A DNA stretch of 64,000 nucleotides from Candidatus Nomurabacteria bacterium (GCA_020632095.1 JACKGF010000001.1:198549-262548); one strand, 5' to 3'. Positions 1-10,631 are shown, counted from the first letter of the stretch. Numbers and translations are program-made. Notes: generated from the letters alone by a model not told the origin.

Positions 1-741
1 AGACAAATCGACTATAACGAAGATTTTGAAAAAGATTTAACGATTGAAGAAAATTGGCCAATCAAGAAAAGCGGCGATAGAAACTGGTGGGTCTCTTCAG
101 GGGCTTATCTCTACTACCAGGACGGGGTAGGAAAAACCATTCAAGGAAACCTAGACGCTTCAGATGAATGGGTCGACAAATTTTATCGTGCCAACGCCGC
201 AGACACTGCCAATGGCTACCGTCCACAAAACATCTTTCGTCTTGTCTACAAAAAACGTGCGCGGGATTTTACTCAATCAGTCTACGGAAAAATTAATTAT
301 TACGAGATAAGCGATAGCGAAAACCGTAACGCTTCAAACGGTATACTTCTGTTTAACCGCTATCAAGATGAATTTTCTTTGTATTACGCTGGAGTAAGAG
401 TTGATGGACAAGCTGTAATTAAGAAAAAACTTAATGGTACATATTCCACTCTAGCCGTATCACCGTTGTTCGCCGGCCAATACGATAGAGAGAAGAACCC
501 TAATCTGATTCCACTCGATACATGGATCGGTATCAAAACTGTAGTCACTACTTTAGATAAAAAATCGACTAAAATTAGTCTCTACACTGACGTTGGCCGA
601 ACTGGTAATTGGACTCTAGCACTTGAAGTAGTAGATGACGGTAAGCAATACGACAAAGCTATCACTAGAGCTGGCTACGGCGGAATTCGAACTGATTTTA
701 TGGATGCCTCATTCGACGACTTTAGTTTCAAGACACCTTAA
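1..741 (+). CDS. 3' portion of a gene that begins upstream of the window; hypothetical beta-rich (lectin/glucanase-like?) protein
   Basis: Frame 1 is open from base 1 to the stop at 739-741. The ORF track shows only the internal Met at 379. No recognisable catalytic motif. Confidence 0.5.
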   Translation, partial: RQIDYNEDFEKDLTIEENWPIKKSGDRNWWVSSGAYLYYQDGVGKTIQGNLDASDEWVDKFYRANAADTANGYRPQNIFRLVYKKRARDFTQSVYGKINYYEISDSENRNASNGILLFNRYQDEFSLYYAGVRVDGQAVIKKKLNGTYSTLAVSPLFAGQYDREKNPNLIPLDTWIGIKTVVTTLDKKSTKISLYTDVGRTGNWTLALEVVDDGKQYDKAITRAGYGGIRTDFMDASFDDFSFKTP

Positions 742-746
742 CCCTT

Positions 747-1385
747 ATGTCACAACTAAATCTTATCTTCGATTTCGATGGCGTAATCGGTGATACCTGG
801 GATTCTGTAGTAGTAGCAAATGTAAAAAACAATAATCTTAGCGGCCCTGAAGAGGCAATCTCAGGAATGAATAAATATTTTTCAAGCCGACCGGACCACG
901 CAAAGGATACAACTCTTTCTAATGAAGTGCTAAAAGAAAGAGAATTAAGTACAATAGAATTTGGAAAAATTTTACTAAATGAAGGATTTGATTTATTTAA
1001 TGATTTTGTGCATGAAATTGAAAAAATTTCTACCCCAAATAAAGCAATCGTTTCAAGAGGATCCATCGTTTACATTGAACCAGCACTAGCCAAAACAAAC
1101 ATCAGTCCGACCCATATTTTAAGCTACGAAAACCATCACTCAAAAGAAGAAAAAATTGAGCAGGTTTGCAAAGACTGGGGAGTTAAAGTAAGTGAGGTAT
1201 ATTATTTTACTGATACTCTTTCTGATATTTATGAACTGCAAAACTTTATAGCAAAAGACAAGCTTATTGGCGTCACCTGGGGATTTTGCACCAAAGAACA
1301 ACTACTTGAGGAATTATCGCCCGATCACATTTTAGACACAGCCAAGGATTTTGACAAATTGTTTTATCCTAAACAAAAACCCTAA
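747..1385 (+). CDS. HAD-superfamily hydrolase
   Basis: N-terminal FDFDGVIGDT matches HAD motif I (DxDG). Size is typical of small HAD phosphatases. Confidence 0.6.
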   Translation: MSQLNLIFDFDGVIGDTWDSVVVANVKNNNLSGPEEAISGMNKYFSSRPDHAKDTTLSNEVLKERELSTIEFGKILLNEGFDLFNDFVHEIEKISTPNKAIVSRGSIVYIEPALAKTNISPTHILSYENHHSKEEKIEQVCKDWGVKVSEVYYFTDTLSDIYELQNFIAKDKLIGVTWGFCTKEQLLEELSPDHILDTAKDFDKLFYPKQKP

Positions 1386-1420
1386 AGTTTAATATCAATA
1401 TTTTTTGTTTGATGTAACTA

Positions 1421-1870
1421 TTGCTATATAATAATATTTACATGCGAAAAAATTTTCCTTACGTAGGTTCATCCTATCTATTTTTGATTAAAGACAACAA
1501 AATTTTATTACAAAGGAGATTCCAGACTGGTTTCCAAGACGGAAATTACGGAGTGCCAGCTGGTCACCTAGACGGAGGAGAAACTGCACGAGAAGGCTGT
1601 GTGCGAGAAATCAAAGAGGAAATTGGAATTGCAGTACTCCCTCATGACACTGAAGTTGTTCATGCATTATGCACCGCAAAAGGGTGAGCAGGACGAGAGG
1701 TTTGATTTCTTCATGACCGCTAAAAAATACACTGGTGAAATTAACAAATTGTGAACCAAACAAATGTGATGATTTGAGTTGGTTTCCACTTAATGAATTG
1801 CCTGAAAATACTGTTGATTACGTACGGATTGCGATTAAAAATTTCAGAAAAGGAATAATTATATTCAGAA
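1421..1870 (+). pseudogene. NUDIX hydrolase interrupted by two frameshifts
   Basis: Nudix box GHLDGGETAREGCVREIKEEIGI lies in the 1421-1687 frame, which stops at TGA 1685-1687. The protein continues as [23 protein letters not shown] in a second frame, then as [32 protein letters not shown] in a third frame, ending near 1870. Confidence 0.5.
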
Positions 1871-1975
1871 TATGGTTGGTAATTTAGCTTTTAGCTTGCA
1901 TTTTTTTCATCAAATTGACATATTAAAGAAGGAAGAAGAAAGTTACTCGTATCATCAACATTGGAGGTAACTAAA

Positions 1976-2128
1976 TGTCCAGCAAAGCAAAAATAAAATT
2001 TCGGGTCATACTTTTAATTCAGATATGTGGATTGACAAAAAGTTCATCGGTCATAGTGAAGAATACTTTGATGCTGACAGTCATCATTATCGGGCCGGGA
2101 GGTTCTGCACAACCAAAATCATCCTGGT
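1976..2128 (+). CDS. small ORF (50 aa) with a hydrophobic segment and strong SD
   Basis: GGAGG sits 7 nt upstream of ATG 1976. Translation is MSSKAKIKFRVILLIQICGL.... It overlaps the 2025..2225 ORF in another frame. Confidence 0.3.
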
Positions 2129-2225
2129 AGAACGCTGGAAGGACAATTCTAATGTGCGAGAAACTGTACGACTGGAAGAGCTACCAGAAGGAATTCAAAA
2201 CCAAATAAAAGCCACTTTTGCATAA
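2025..2225 (+). CDS. small hypothetical protein (66 aa)
   Basis: Balanced soluble-protein composition. It ends just before hairpin/T-run 2241-2281. No SD, and the start overlaps the 1976 ORF. Confidence 0.25.
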   Translation: MWIDKKFIGHSEEYFDADSHHYRAGRFCTTKIILVERWKDNSNVRETVRLEELPEGIQNQIKATFA

Positions 2226-2240
2226 ATTGGAGGTGATTTA

Positions 2241-2281
2241 GACACTTGAAGAGATACTTTGTATTCAGTGTCTTTTCTTTT
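2241..2281 (+). terminator. rho-independent terminator
   Basis: gacact...agtgtc stem followed by ttttctttt. Confidence 0.5.
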
Positions 2282-2385
2282 GTAAATTATTCACAGAAAA
2301 TATTCATAGAAAATATTTTCGTTTACATATATTCCATTTGATGGCACAATGATGATCTATTTATTTATTGTAATTTGACCTTGAT

Positions 2386-4983
2386 ATGCATAAGCGTTTT
2401 GAACATCAAGAAATTGAAACTAAGTGGCAACAGCAGTGGCGAACTGATGATATTTATAAAACCACTGACAATTCTGAAAAACCAAAAGCTTTTGTGCTGG
2501 ACATGTTTCCGTATCCTTCAGGAGAAGGTCTGCACGTTGGTCATCCGAAAGGTTACATCGCTACCGACATCTACTCTCGGTATAAAAGAATGACCGGCTA
2601 CGAAGTACTACACCCGATGGGTTGGGACGCTTTTGGTTTGCCAGCGGAAAACTACGCGATAAAAAACAAAGTGCACCCACGGGTAGCAGTTGAGAAAAAC
2701 GTTGCCCGCTTTAAAGAACAACTTGAAGTCTTAGGCTTTGATTATGACTGGAATAGGGAAATCAATACCACTGACCCTGCCTATTACAAATGGACCCAGT
2801 GGATTTTTATTCAACTGTTCAAAAAAGGTTTAGCTTACGAGAGTTACGAACCAATCAACTGGTGTCCGGGCTGTCAGACTGGATTAGCTAATGAAGATTT
2901 AGAGGCTGACGGTACTTGCGAGCGTTGTAATTCGGTTGTAGAAAAAAAACCGATGCGACAGTGGGTACTAAAGATCCGCGAGTACGCTGACCGCATGCTC
3001 GCAGACCTAGATACGCTAGAGTGGCCAGAGCATATCAAGGAAGCCCAGCGTAACTGGATAGGGCGCTCTGAAGGCGCAGAAATCGACTTCAAGCTGTCTA
3101 CTGGCGACACAGTGACAGTGTTTACCACTCGACCCGATACGCTCTTTGGAGCAACTTATATGGTCCTAGCCCCAGAACATCCAATTGTCACCGAACTTAT
3201 TAGGGGTCAGACCCCTAATGGAGTGAATTTGCAGAACAGGGGGGAGGTGGAGGAGTATGCGAAGGAAGTTGCCAACAAAAAGGAGATGGACCGACTCGAT
3301 GACACTAAAGAAAAAACGGGTGTGAAGTTAGAAGGTGTCACCGCCACCAACCCAGCTAACGGTGAAGAAATCCCGGTTTATATCGCCGATTATGTACTAG
3401 CCGGCTACGGTACCGGCGCCATCATGGCCGTGCCAGCCCACGATGAGAGAGACTTTGAGTTTGCTAAGAAGTTTAAGATTGAAATCAAAAGAGTTTTACA
3501 CGGCACCTTAAGTGAAAGCTCGGCATATGAGCTAGCAAACCAAAGAAATGAGGAGTTTGACTATAGTGCTGAAGTTGATGATAAAAATTTCAACCTAACA
3601 AAATACCGAACAAGTCTCGAAAAAACTCTTAATGATAAGTGGGATGAAGACTTGGAATCAGGCGCAATTTTAGGACGAGTTCTTGGGGGCAGTAACAACA
3701 AAACTATAAATCCACTTCCTTTACTTGATAACTTCATATTGAAAAACTCTAATGAGTTTGACGGAATGAGTCCTAAGGAAGCTGGAAAAGCAATCATCGA
3801 AAAAGTTGGTGGGAGAATGACTGCTACATACAAAATCAAGGACTGGGTATTTTCGCGACAACGGTATTGGGGGGAGCCGATTCCGATTGTGCATTGTGAG
3901 CAGTGTGGAGCGGTGCCGGTGCCGGAGGAGCAATTGCCGGTGACTTTGCCAGAGGTGGAGAATTATGAGCCGGCCGGCGACGGGCAATCGCCTTTGTCGA
4001 CGATTGAAGAGTGGGTGAACACTACTTGTCCTAAGTGTAGTAGAGCCGGCCGGCGGGAGACCAACACGATGCCGCAATGGGCGGGTTCTTCCTGGTACTA
4101 CTTACGCTACATGGACCCTAAAAATTCTGAGACTTTGGTATCAAAAGAAAATGAGAAATATTGGGCGCCAGTAGACGTATATGTAGGTGGGGATCACGCA
4201 GTTAGACACCTCATCTATGCTCGTTTTTGGCACAAATTCCTGTATGACATCGGTGTCGTATCGACGATTGAACCCTTCCAACGATTAGAGTTTCTTGGAT
4301 TTATCTTGGCTGAGGATGGACGCAAGATGAGTAAGCGGTGGGGGAACGTGATAAACCCAGATGATATTGTAAAACTAGTTGGGGCAGACACAATGCGAAT
4401 CTATGAGATGTTTATGGGACCATTTGAAAACACTATCGCATGGTCACAAGATGGTCTTGTCGGCGCTAGACGCTTTCTAGAGAGAGTCAATGGACTAACT
4501 GAGCATATTACAGATACTGAACCAAAAGAAACTACTGTTCAGCTACATAAAACTATTAAAAAAGTGTCTGAAGATATTGAAGGATTTAAATTCAATACCG
4601 CGGTGAGTGCCATGATGATCTTTCTCAATCAAGCAGAAAAAGGTGGACTCACTAAAGAAAGTTACCTGACATTCATAAAACTTATCGCCCCGTTTGCTCC
4701 CCACATCACCGAAGAACTTTGGTTGGAAACTGGAGGAAGTAGTATCCATCTAACTAATTTTCCAGTTTACAGTGAGGCACTAGCTAAAGATGAGTTAGTC
4801 ACAATTGGCGTACAAATTAATGGCAAAATGCGAGGAGAGATAACCATATCACCCGAAGCGACTGAAGAAGAGGCAGTGGAAACAATAATGAAAAATGGGT
4901 CGTTAGCTGACAAAATTACTGACCACAATATTAAGAAAATAATCTATGTTAACGGAAGAATTATTAACATTATTTTAACCTGA
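2386..4983 (+). CDS. leuS: leucyl-tRNA synthetase
   Basis: HIGH-type motif PYPSGEGLHVGHPKGY and KMSKS motif KMSKRWGN. Editing-domain signatures TTRPDT and AVPAHDERD are present. Length 865 aa. Confidence 0.95.
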   Translation: MHKRFEHQEIETKWQQQWRTDDIYKTTDNSEKPKAFVLDMFPYPSGEGLHVGHPKGYIATDIYSRYKRMTGYEVLHPMGWDAFGLPAENYAIKNKVHPRVAVEKNVARFKEQLEVLGFDYDWNREINTTDPAYYKWTQWIFIQLFKKGLAYESYEPINWCPGCQTGLANEDLEADGTCERCNSVVEKKPMRQWVLKIREYADRMLADLDTLEWPEHIKEAQRNWIGRSEGAEIDFKLSTGDTVTVFTTRPDTLFGATYMVLAPEHPIVTELIRGQTPNGVNLQNRGEVEEYAKEVANKKEMDRLDDTKEKTGVKLEGVTATNPANGEEIPVYIADYVLAGYGTGAIMAVPAHDERDFEFAKKFKIEIKRVLHGTLSESSAYELANQRNEEFDYSAEVDDKNFNLTKYRTSLEKTLNDKWDEDLESGAILGRVLGGSNNKTINPLPLLDNFILKNSNEFDGMSPKEAGKAIIEKVGGRMTATYKIKDWVFSRQRYWGEPIPIVHCEQCGAVPVPEEQLPVTLPEVENYEPAGDGQSPLSTIEEWVNTTCPKCSRAGRRETNTMPQWAGSSWYYLRYMDPKNSETLVSKENEKYWAPVDVYVGGDHAVRHLIYARFWHKFLYDIGVVSTIEPFQRLEFLGFILAEDGRKMSKRWGNVINPDDIVKLVGADTMRIYEMFMGPFENTIAWSQDGLVGARRFLERVNGLTEHITDTEPKETTVQLHKTIKKVSEDIEGFKFNTAVSAMMIFLNQAEKGGLTKESYLTFIKLIAPFAPHITEELWLETGGSSIHLTNFPVYSEALAKDELVTIGVQINGKMRGEITISPEATEEEAVETIMKNGSLADKITDHNIKKIIYVNGRIINIILT

Positions 4984-5003
4984 AACAAGTTATCCACAGA
5001 GTA

Positions 5004-5032
5004 TTGACCAATTCTAGTGAATATGTTATAAA
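5004..5032 (+). promoter_or_regulatory. sigma70-like promoter TTGACC-N17-TATAAA
   Basis: Hexamers read directly upstream of the 5084 gene. Confidence 0.35.
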
Positions 5033-5083
5033 GTGAGTCACGCATTGGAGATTCAACAAAAATACAACTACAAACCATAAAAT

Positions 5084-6109
5084 ATGATTTCATTTAAACC
5101 AAAACAAGTAACTAAAGCACTGCTAGAGGTATTACCTGAGCGAGCTCGTGACGTCCTTGAAAAACGTTATGGACTCGGAAGCACAGGTGACACTCTAACC
5201 TTAGAAGCGATTGGCCAATCGTACGGCATCACACGTGAAAGAGTACGACAAATTGAAAACTATGGTATTCAATCAATCCAGAAGTCTGAAGTGTACAAAA
5301 AAGACTATGATCTTTTTATCGAGATGCAAAAACTCATTGACCAATTGGGTGGTGGTTTAATTGCTGAACATGTACTACTTGAGGAATTGAGTTCCGACCC
5401 GATTGTTCGAAATCACCTATATTTTCTATTGGTAGTAGGTGACCCATTCTTTAAGAGCAAAGAAAACCCAAACTACTCTCACCGTTGGTTCACTGAAAGA
5501 GGAATTGCTGATTCAGTAGAAAAAGCTCTCCGAAATGTCCACAAAGGACTAAATAGAGACGAACTAGTAAGTGAAGCTGAGATATTAAGTCGTTTCAAGA
5601 ACGAATTAATTGAACTGGCTGATAAATACGATGAGGAGGTTCTGAAGCGATGGCTACAGATTTCTAAACAAATTGGTCGCAATCCGCTAGGGGAGTGGGG
5701 CTCAGCTGACAGTCCAAACGTAAGAGTTAAAGGAATTCGTGACTATGCTTACCTTACAGTTAAGCGACATGGTTCACCAATGCACTTCCGTGAAGTAGCT
5801 GAAACAATCAACGAACTATTTGATCACAAAGCGCATGTCGCCACTACCCACAATGAACTTATCAAGGATGCACGATTTGTTTTGGTTGGTCGCGGCCTAT
5901 ACGCTCTGACCGAGTGGGGATACACCACTGGTGTAGTTAAAGACGTACTACGAGAGATTCTAGCTCAGGAAGGACCACTTTCAAGAGAGGAACTTATCGA
6001 TAAGGTTCGCAAAGAACGATACGTTAAAGACAATACCATTTTAGTAAATCTCCAAGATACTAACTTATTTAAGAAGTTATCAAACGGCACTTACGCCATT
6101 GCTGACTAA
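5084..6109 (+). CDS. sigma-70 region-4 (HTH) domain protein with a long unrelated C-terminal region
   Basis: N-terminus LEVLPERARDVLEKRYGL...TLEAIGQSYGITRERVRQIE resembles RpoD region 4. No sigma regions 2 or 3 are present. Confidence 0.5.
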   Translation: MISFKPKQVTKALLEVLPERARDVLEKRYGLGSTGDTLTLEAIGQSYGITRERVRQIENYGIQSIQKSEVYKKDYDLFIEMQKLIDQLGGGLIAEHVLLEELSSDPIVRNHLYFLLVVGDPFFKSKENPNYSHRWFTERGIADSVEKALRNVHKGLNRDELVSEAEILSRFKNELIELADKYDEEVLKRWLQISKQIGRNPLGEWGSADSPNVRVKGIRDYAYLTVKRHGSPMHFREVAETINELFDHKAHVATTHNELIKDARFVLVGRGLYALTEWGYTTGVVKDVLREILAQEGPLSREELIDKVRKERYVKDNTILVNLQDTNLFKKLSNGTYAIAD

Positions 6110-6121
6110 GTCCACATCCCC

Positions 6122-6156
6122 AAAGGAGCGACGGAACCTAGTTCCGTCGCTCCTTT
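6122..6156 (+). terminator. strong hairpin terminator
   Basis: 15-bp perfect inverted repeat aaaggagcgacggaa/ttccgtcgctccttt. Confidence 0.6.
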
Positions 6157-6162
6157 GTTATA

Positions 6163-7503
6163 GTGTACAATATACGAAACATGGTTGAGCAAAACAAAAC
6201 ACTAGTTGCCTCACTTGCAGCACCCGTAATGCTGTTTTTTGCAATTGGAGTAATGGGGTTTGTGTTTTCAAGAATGAATGTAAATTTACAACCTATGCTT
6301 GCAGTCATCATTGCCATGACTCCAATTTGGTTACCATTCGCTCTGTTCCATATCTTATTTGAGCAATGGCAGTATGCAGCTAGAAGTAAATGGATTTATG
6401 ACAATGGTAGAGTAACCTTGCGTATTAAGCTTCCTCAAGAGGTCCTTAAATCCCCAGAAGCAATGGAAAGTGTGATGACACAAATCCATAACCCTAGTAG
6501 TGCTGATAACTTAATGCAAACCTACTTTGATGGTCGTCACCCCCTAAACAATAGTTTTGAATTAGCTTCAGTTAATGGCGAGGTACGTTTCTACATTAAC
6601 GTTCCTAGGAAGAAAGTTAAAAACGCAGTCGAAGCCCAACTATACGCACAATATCCCGGTATTGAAGTGATTGAAGAAAAAATTGACTATGCCGCCGAAA
6701 TCAAATGGGATCCTAAGAAACTGGACATGATTTCCTTTCACTTTGTTAAAAAAGATGATGATGCCTTACCGATCAAAACATATATTGATTACGGCCTTGA
6801 TAAAATTCCCGACGAAGAAAACAAATTTGAGCCAATGTCTCCAATGCTCGAACATATTGGTAAAGCCAAACCAACAGAACGAATTTGGATACAATTCATA
6901 TGCAAACCTCACGTTAAGAAAAGCTTAAAAACTGGTGATTTATACACCGTAGATTCATGGGAAAAAAGAGTTCAGAAAAAAGTTGACGAGCTAATGGGGC
7001 GCGACAATAATGGTCTTGGCCCAGAAGAAACTGACAATCGTCCAATGTTAACCATGTCTGAACGAGATACCATCGCTGCTGTCGAACGAAATGTTAGTAA
7101 ATACGCTTATGAAGTGGCAGTTAGGGCTATGTATATTGCAGAAAATGGTAAATTTGACCCAGAGATGATTAGTCCAATATTAAGATCTTTTGCCCAATAC
7201 GACATGATTGGCAGAAACCGAATCGGTATTACTTGGCGTACAGACTTTAACTATAACTTTTTTCAGGATTTTTCTGGCCGAAGAAAACTGTACTGGAAGA
7301 AAAAAGAGTTAGAAGCATACAAAGCCCGCTCATATCTACCGGGAGACGTAAAAACTTTTGCCGACAAAATGAAGGTTATGTCTGTTGAAGAACTAGCGAC
7401 CATGTATCACATTCCTGGAACATCAGTCATCACTCCAGCTATATCTCGAGTTGATTCCGTTCGAAAAGAGGCACCATCAAACCTACCAACAGGACTATTC
7501 TAA
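6163..7503 (+). CDS. hypothetical membrane protein (2 N-terminal TM helices plus a large soluble domain)
   Basis: Long ORF with hydrophobic N-terminal segments. No motif recognised. Confidence 0.5.
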   Translation: MYNIRNMVEQNKTLVASLAAPVMLFFAIGVMGFVFSRMNVNLQPMLAVIIAMTPIWLPFALFHILFEQWQYAARSKWIYDNGRVTLRIKLPQEVLKSPEAMESVMTQIHNPSSADNLMQTYFDGRHPLNNSFELASVNGEVRFYINVPRKKVKNAVEAQLYAQYPGIEVIEEKIDYAAEIKWDPKKLDMISFHFVKKDDDALPIKTYIDYGLDKIPDEENKFEPMSPMLEHIGKAKPTERIWIQFICKPHVKKSLKTGDLYTVDSWEKRVQKKVDELMGRDNNGLGPEETDNRPMLTMSERDTIAAVERNVSKYAYEVAVRAMYIAENGKFDPEMISPILRSFAQYDMIGRNRIGITWRTDFNYNFFQDFSGRRKLYWKKKELEAYKARSYLPGDVKTFADKMKVMSVEELATMYHIPGTSVITPAISRVDSVRKEAPSNLPTGLF

Positions 7504-7511
7504 ATATACTT

Positions 7512-8540
7512 ATGTATGACGATTTAATTAACCCAGAAAGTCACGACGACCTGAAAGAAAGAAAATCAAGTCTTTTTGTAACCCTTGGAAAAATAGTTGC
7601 TATTATACTAATTTGCGGACTCTTGTTTTTTCTGTGTCTATACACTTGGGCAAACACCAAAAATAAACCTTCAAATTATTTCCCTCTCAATCAACCAATC
7701 ACAATCTCACCTGGTACAGGAGTAAAGGGTATAACAAAAATTTTGGCAGAACAGGAAGTTGTTCAGTCTGAAACACTTCTCTATTATATTTTAGTTAGTT
7801 TCTATGACCCAACGCAAATAAAGGCCAGTACTTATGTTTTTGATAAACCACTTACCACAATAGAGGTTGCCGAACGCCTCACACAAGGCGATTTTGATAC
7901 GGACCTAATCAGGTTTACCCACTATGAAGGCGAGAGAGCAACTCAAATAGCAAAAAGGGCTTCAGATTTACTACCAAATTTTAATCCTGAGGAGTTTATT
8001 GTTAACGCTGAACCGGAGGAAGGTAGGTTGTTCCCTGAAACATATTTAGTCCCGCAATCATATGACGACAGAGAATTACTAACTTTAATGTTGGACACGT
8101 TTGAAGAGAAAACTGAACCCTTATCCGAAAAAATTAGTAGTAGTACCTTAACTAAAGAAGAAATTATTATTCTAGCTTCAGTAATAGAAAGGGAAGCCAA
8201 TTCACCAGAATCCAAGAAAATGGTATCAGGTATTCTGCAAAACCGAATGACAATCGGTATGCCTTTACAAGCTGACGCCTCAATTGAATACATTTTAAAC
8301 AAACCACTAGCTGAGTTGACTCCTGCTGATTTAGAAATTGATACTCCTTACAACACTTATTTGTATAAAGGACTACCGCCAACCCCAATCGGAAATCCAG
8401 GATTAGACTCTATTCTAGCTGTTCTTGAGCCGACTGAGTCAGATTATTTATTTTACATAACTGGCTACGATGGAGAGTTCCATTACGCAAAAACCTACCA
8501 ACAACACCTAGTTAATATCGAGCGATATTTACGACAATAA
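7512..8540 (+). CDS. mltG: endolytic murein transglycosylase MltG/YceG
   Basis: N-terminal TM helix. C-terminal signature PYNTYLYKGLPPTPIGNPGLDSILAVLEP...YLFYITGYDGEFHYAKTYQQH is typical of the YceG family. Confidence 0.8.
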   Translation: MYDDLINPESHDDLKERKSSLFVTLGKIVAIILICGLLFFLCLYTWANTKNKPSNYFPLNQPITISPGTGVKGITKILAEQEVVQSETLLYYILVSFYDPTQIKASTYVFDKPLTTIEVAERLTQGDFDTDLIRFTHYEGERATQIAKRASDLLPNFNPEEFIVNAEPEEGRLFPETYLVPQSYDDRELLTLMLDTFEEKTEPLSEKISSSTLTKEEIIILASVIEREANSPESKKMVSGILQNRMTIGMPLQADASIEYILNKPLAELTPADLEIDTPYNTYLYKGLPPTPIGNPGLDSILAVLEPTESDYLFYITGYDGEFHYAKTYQQHLVNIERYLRQ

Positions 8541-8562
8541 ACAGTCGTGTTAACTTTCCTGT

Positions 8563-9624
8563 ATGAATAACCCTAAAACAGTATTTGTCGGCCTTTCAGG
8601 TGGAGTAGATTCATCTGTTGCGGCTCTGCGACTTAAAAACCAAGGGTATAACGTAGTCGGAGTTTTTATCAAAGTTTGGCACCCCGACTTCATGGTTTGC
8701 GACTGGGAAATGGAACGCTTAGACGCCATGCGAGTAGCGGCTCATCTTGATATCCCTTTCCTTACCTGCGACGCTGAAGCTGACTATCGTGATGAAGTGG
8801 CCCACTATTTCATTGAAGAATATAGAGAAGGACGAACTCCAAACCCCGATGTAATGTGCAATCAACACGTTAAGTTCGGTGCTTTTTTACGCTTTGCTAA
8901 AGAACGAAAGGCAGACTTCATAGCCACTGGACACTACGCCAGACGAATTGAAGGTCCTAGCGGAGCTGAACTACACCGAGGAGTTGACCCTAATAAAGAC
9001 CAGACGTATTTTCTTTGGACATTATCAAACAAACAACTTGAATATTCACTTTTTCCAGTTGGGGATACCCCAAAAGAAGAAATTCGCCTTGAAGCTGAGG
9101 CAGCTGGTATACCAACCGCCACCAAAAAGGATAGTCAGGGAGTCTGTTTTCTGGGACACGTCGATATTCCTGATTTTCTTTCACACTACATTGATCTAAA
9201 GGTTGGTAATGTTTTAGATATGAATGGTAATGTTGTTGGTAAACACAAAGGCGCCTTGGTGTACACAACTGGCCAAAGACATGGGTTTACCTTAAACACA
9301 GCTGACCCAGCGCGAACAGAAATGTTTATCGTAGATAGAAACCTAAAACAAAACACCATAACAGTTTCTTCAAAACGTCCAGTAACTGAAAAAACATCAA
9401 ATTTCAAACTAATTAATAGTGTTTTAAGGGAGCCAATAGTGGCTGGAGAAACTGTGAGTATCCAAACTCGCTATCGCCAAGTGCCATTTGAAGCGCTAGT
9501 AAATGAAGTTGAAGAAAATTCAATTGTGATATCGCCAACCTCAATCACAGAAAAACCAGCCCTTGGTCAATCCTGTGTATTGTATAAAGACGAACTTTGT
9601 CTCGGAGGTGGTATGCTTACATAA
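8563..9624 (+). CDS. mnmA: tRNA 2-thiouridylase MnmA
   Basis: PP-loop SGGVDSS at the N-terminus, with conserved Cys and length typical of MnmA. Confidence 0.9.
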   Translation: MNNPKTVFVGLSGGVDSSVAALRLKNQGYNVVGVFIKVWHPDFMVCDWEMERLDAMRVAAHLDIPFLTCDAEADYRDEVAHYFIEEYREGRTPNPDVMCNQHVKFGAFLRFAKERKADFIATGHYARRIEGPSGAELHRGVDPNKDQTYFLWTLSNKQLEYSLFPVGDTPKEEIRLEAEAAGIPTATKKDSQGVCFLGHVDIPDFLSHYIDLKVGNVLDMNGNVVGKHKGALVYTTGQRHGFTLNTADPARTEMFIVDRNLKQNTITVSSKRPVTEKTSNFKLINSVLREPIVAGETVSIQTRYRQVPFEALVNEVEENSIVISPTSITEKPALGQSCVLYKDELCLGGGMLT

Positions 9625-9703
9625 CAATAGAAAGGACGATTATGGAATAATCATCCTTTTAGACCGTATTAAAGTACAAAACCGTTCATTCAAAAATAAT
9701 TTT

Positions 9704-10540
9704 ATGCCTATCAAAATCACCAAAGCTGACGGTTCAACTGAAATTTTTAAAGTAGAAAAACTTAGACGTTCATTGCGTCGCGCTGGTGCAGACCCTGAGG
9801 AAGTTAGTCGCATAATTACCCAAGTAGACAAAGACCTCTACGACGGAATCCAAACTCAAGAGATTTACCGAAACGCTTTTTCACTGCTCAGGAATAGTCG
9901 CCCTACAGCGGCAGCCCGCTACTCACTAAGAAGAGCTTTATTTAACCTTGGACCATCAGGTTTCCCATTTGAAAAATTTTTAGCTAGACTATTCAATACT
10001 GACGGTTACGAAACAGTGACCGGTATAATTCTAAACGGTAAATGTGCCCCTCATGAAATTGATGTTGCAGCCTATAAAGCTGATCATAGTTTTATCGGTG
10101 AAGCTAAATTTCATTCTAGACCTGGAGTTAAATCTGATCTACAGGTCGCCTTATATTCTTACGCCAGACTACTCGACTTACGCGAAGCTAAAATTTGCCC
10201 CGAGGACATTTGTGGCGTAAAAGAATTTTGGCTTATTACCAACACAAAATTTACCTCAACGGCGCTAGATTACGGCAACTGCGTTGGACTCAAAATGCTA
10301 AGCTGGGACTTCCCAAAAAACAATAATCTGCATGACCGTATCCAAAGAGCCGGAATTTATCCCATCACAGTTTTGCAAAATCTCTCAACCTCACAAGCTG
10401 AAACCCTTATTTCTTACGACATCATTCTGTGTCGCGACATAATTGAAAGAATTGACGTTCTACAACACTTACATTTATCAAAATCAAAACGAGAAACCTT
10501 GTTGAATGAGGTAAATGAGATCTGCAGGACCAATATATAA
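9704..10540 (+). CDS. ATP-cone domain fused to a restriction-endonuclease-like (Mrr-type PD-(D/E)xK) domain
   Basis: MPIKITKADGSTEIFKVEKLRRSLRRAGADPEEV is an ATP-cone. The later GEAKFHSRPGVKSDLQVALYSY is REase-like. The track ORF begins at 9563 inside mnmA; ATG 9704 is the likely start. Confidence 0.6.
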   Translation: MPIKITKADGSTEIFKVEKLRRSLRRAGADPEEVSRIITQVDKDLYDGIQTQEIYRNAFSLLRNSRPTAAARYSLRRALFNLGPSGFPFEKFLARLFNTDGYETVTGIILNGKCAPHEIDVAAYKADHSFIGEAKFHSRPGVKSDLQVALYSYARLLDLREAKICPEDICGVKEFWLITNTKFTSTALDYGNCVGLKMLSWDFPKNNNLHDRIQRAGIYPITVLQNLSTSQAETLISYDIILCRDIIERIDVLQHLHLSKSKRETLLNEVNEICRTNI

Positions 10541-10631
10541 GCATTCACTTATTCCATTTTGTCAATGTTTAAGCGAATTTTCCTTGTGATATACTCATTT
10601 CATTAATCAATTCAGCAAAACATAAATACGT

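Noticed and set aside
2874-4749. Minus-strand ORFs inside leuS (2874-3128, 3561-3839, 3721-4077, 4543-4749) and a GC-rich patch at about 3880-4080
   Set aside because: The ORFs are antisense artefacts. The GC-rich patch encodes the conserved LeuS zinc/knuckle region (CEQCGAVPVP...CPKCSRAGRRET) and simply reflects codon constraints.
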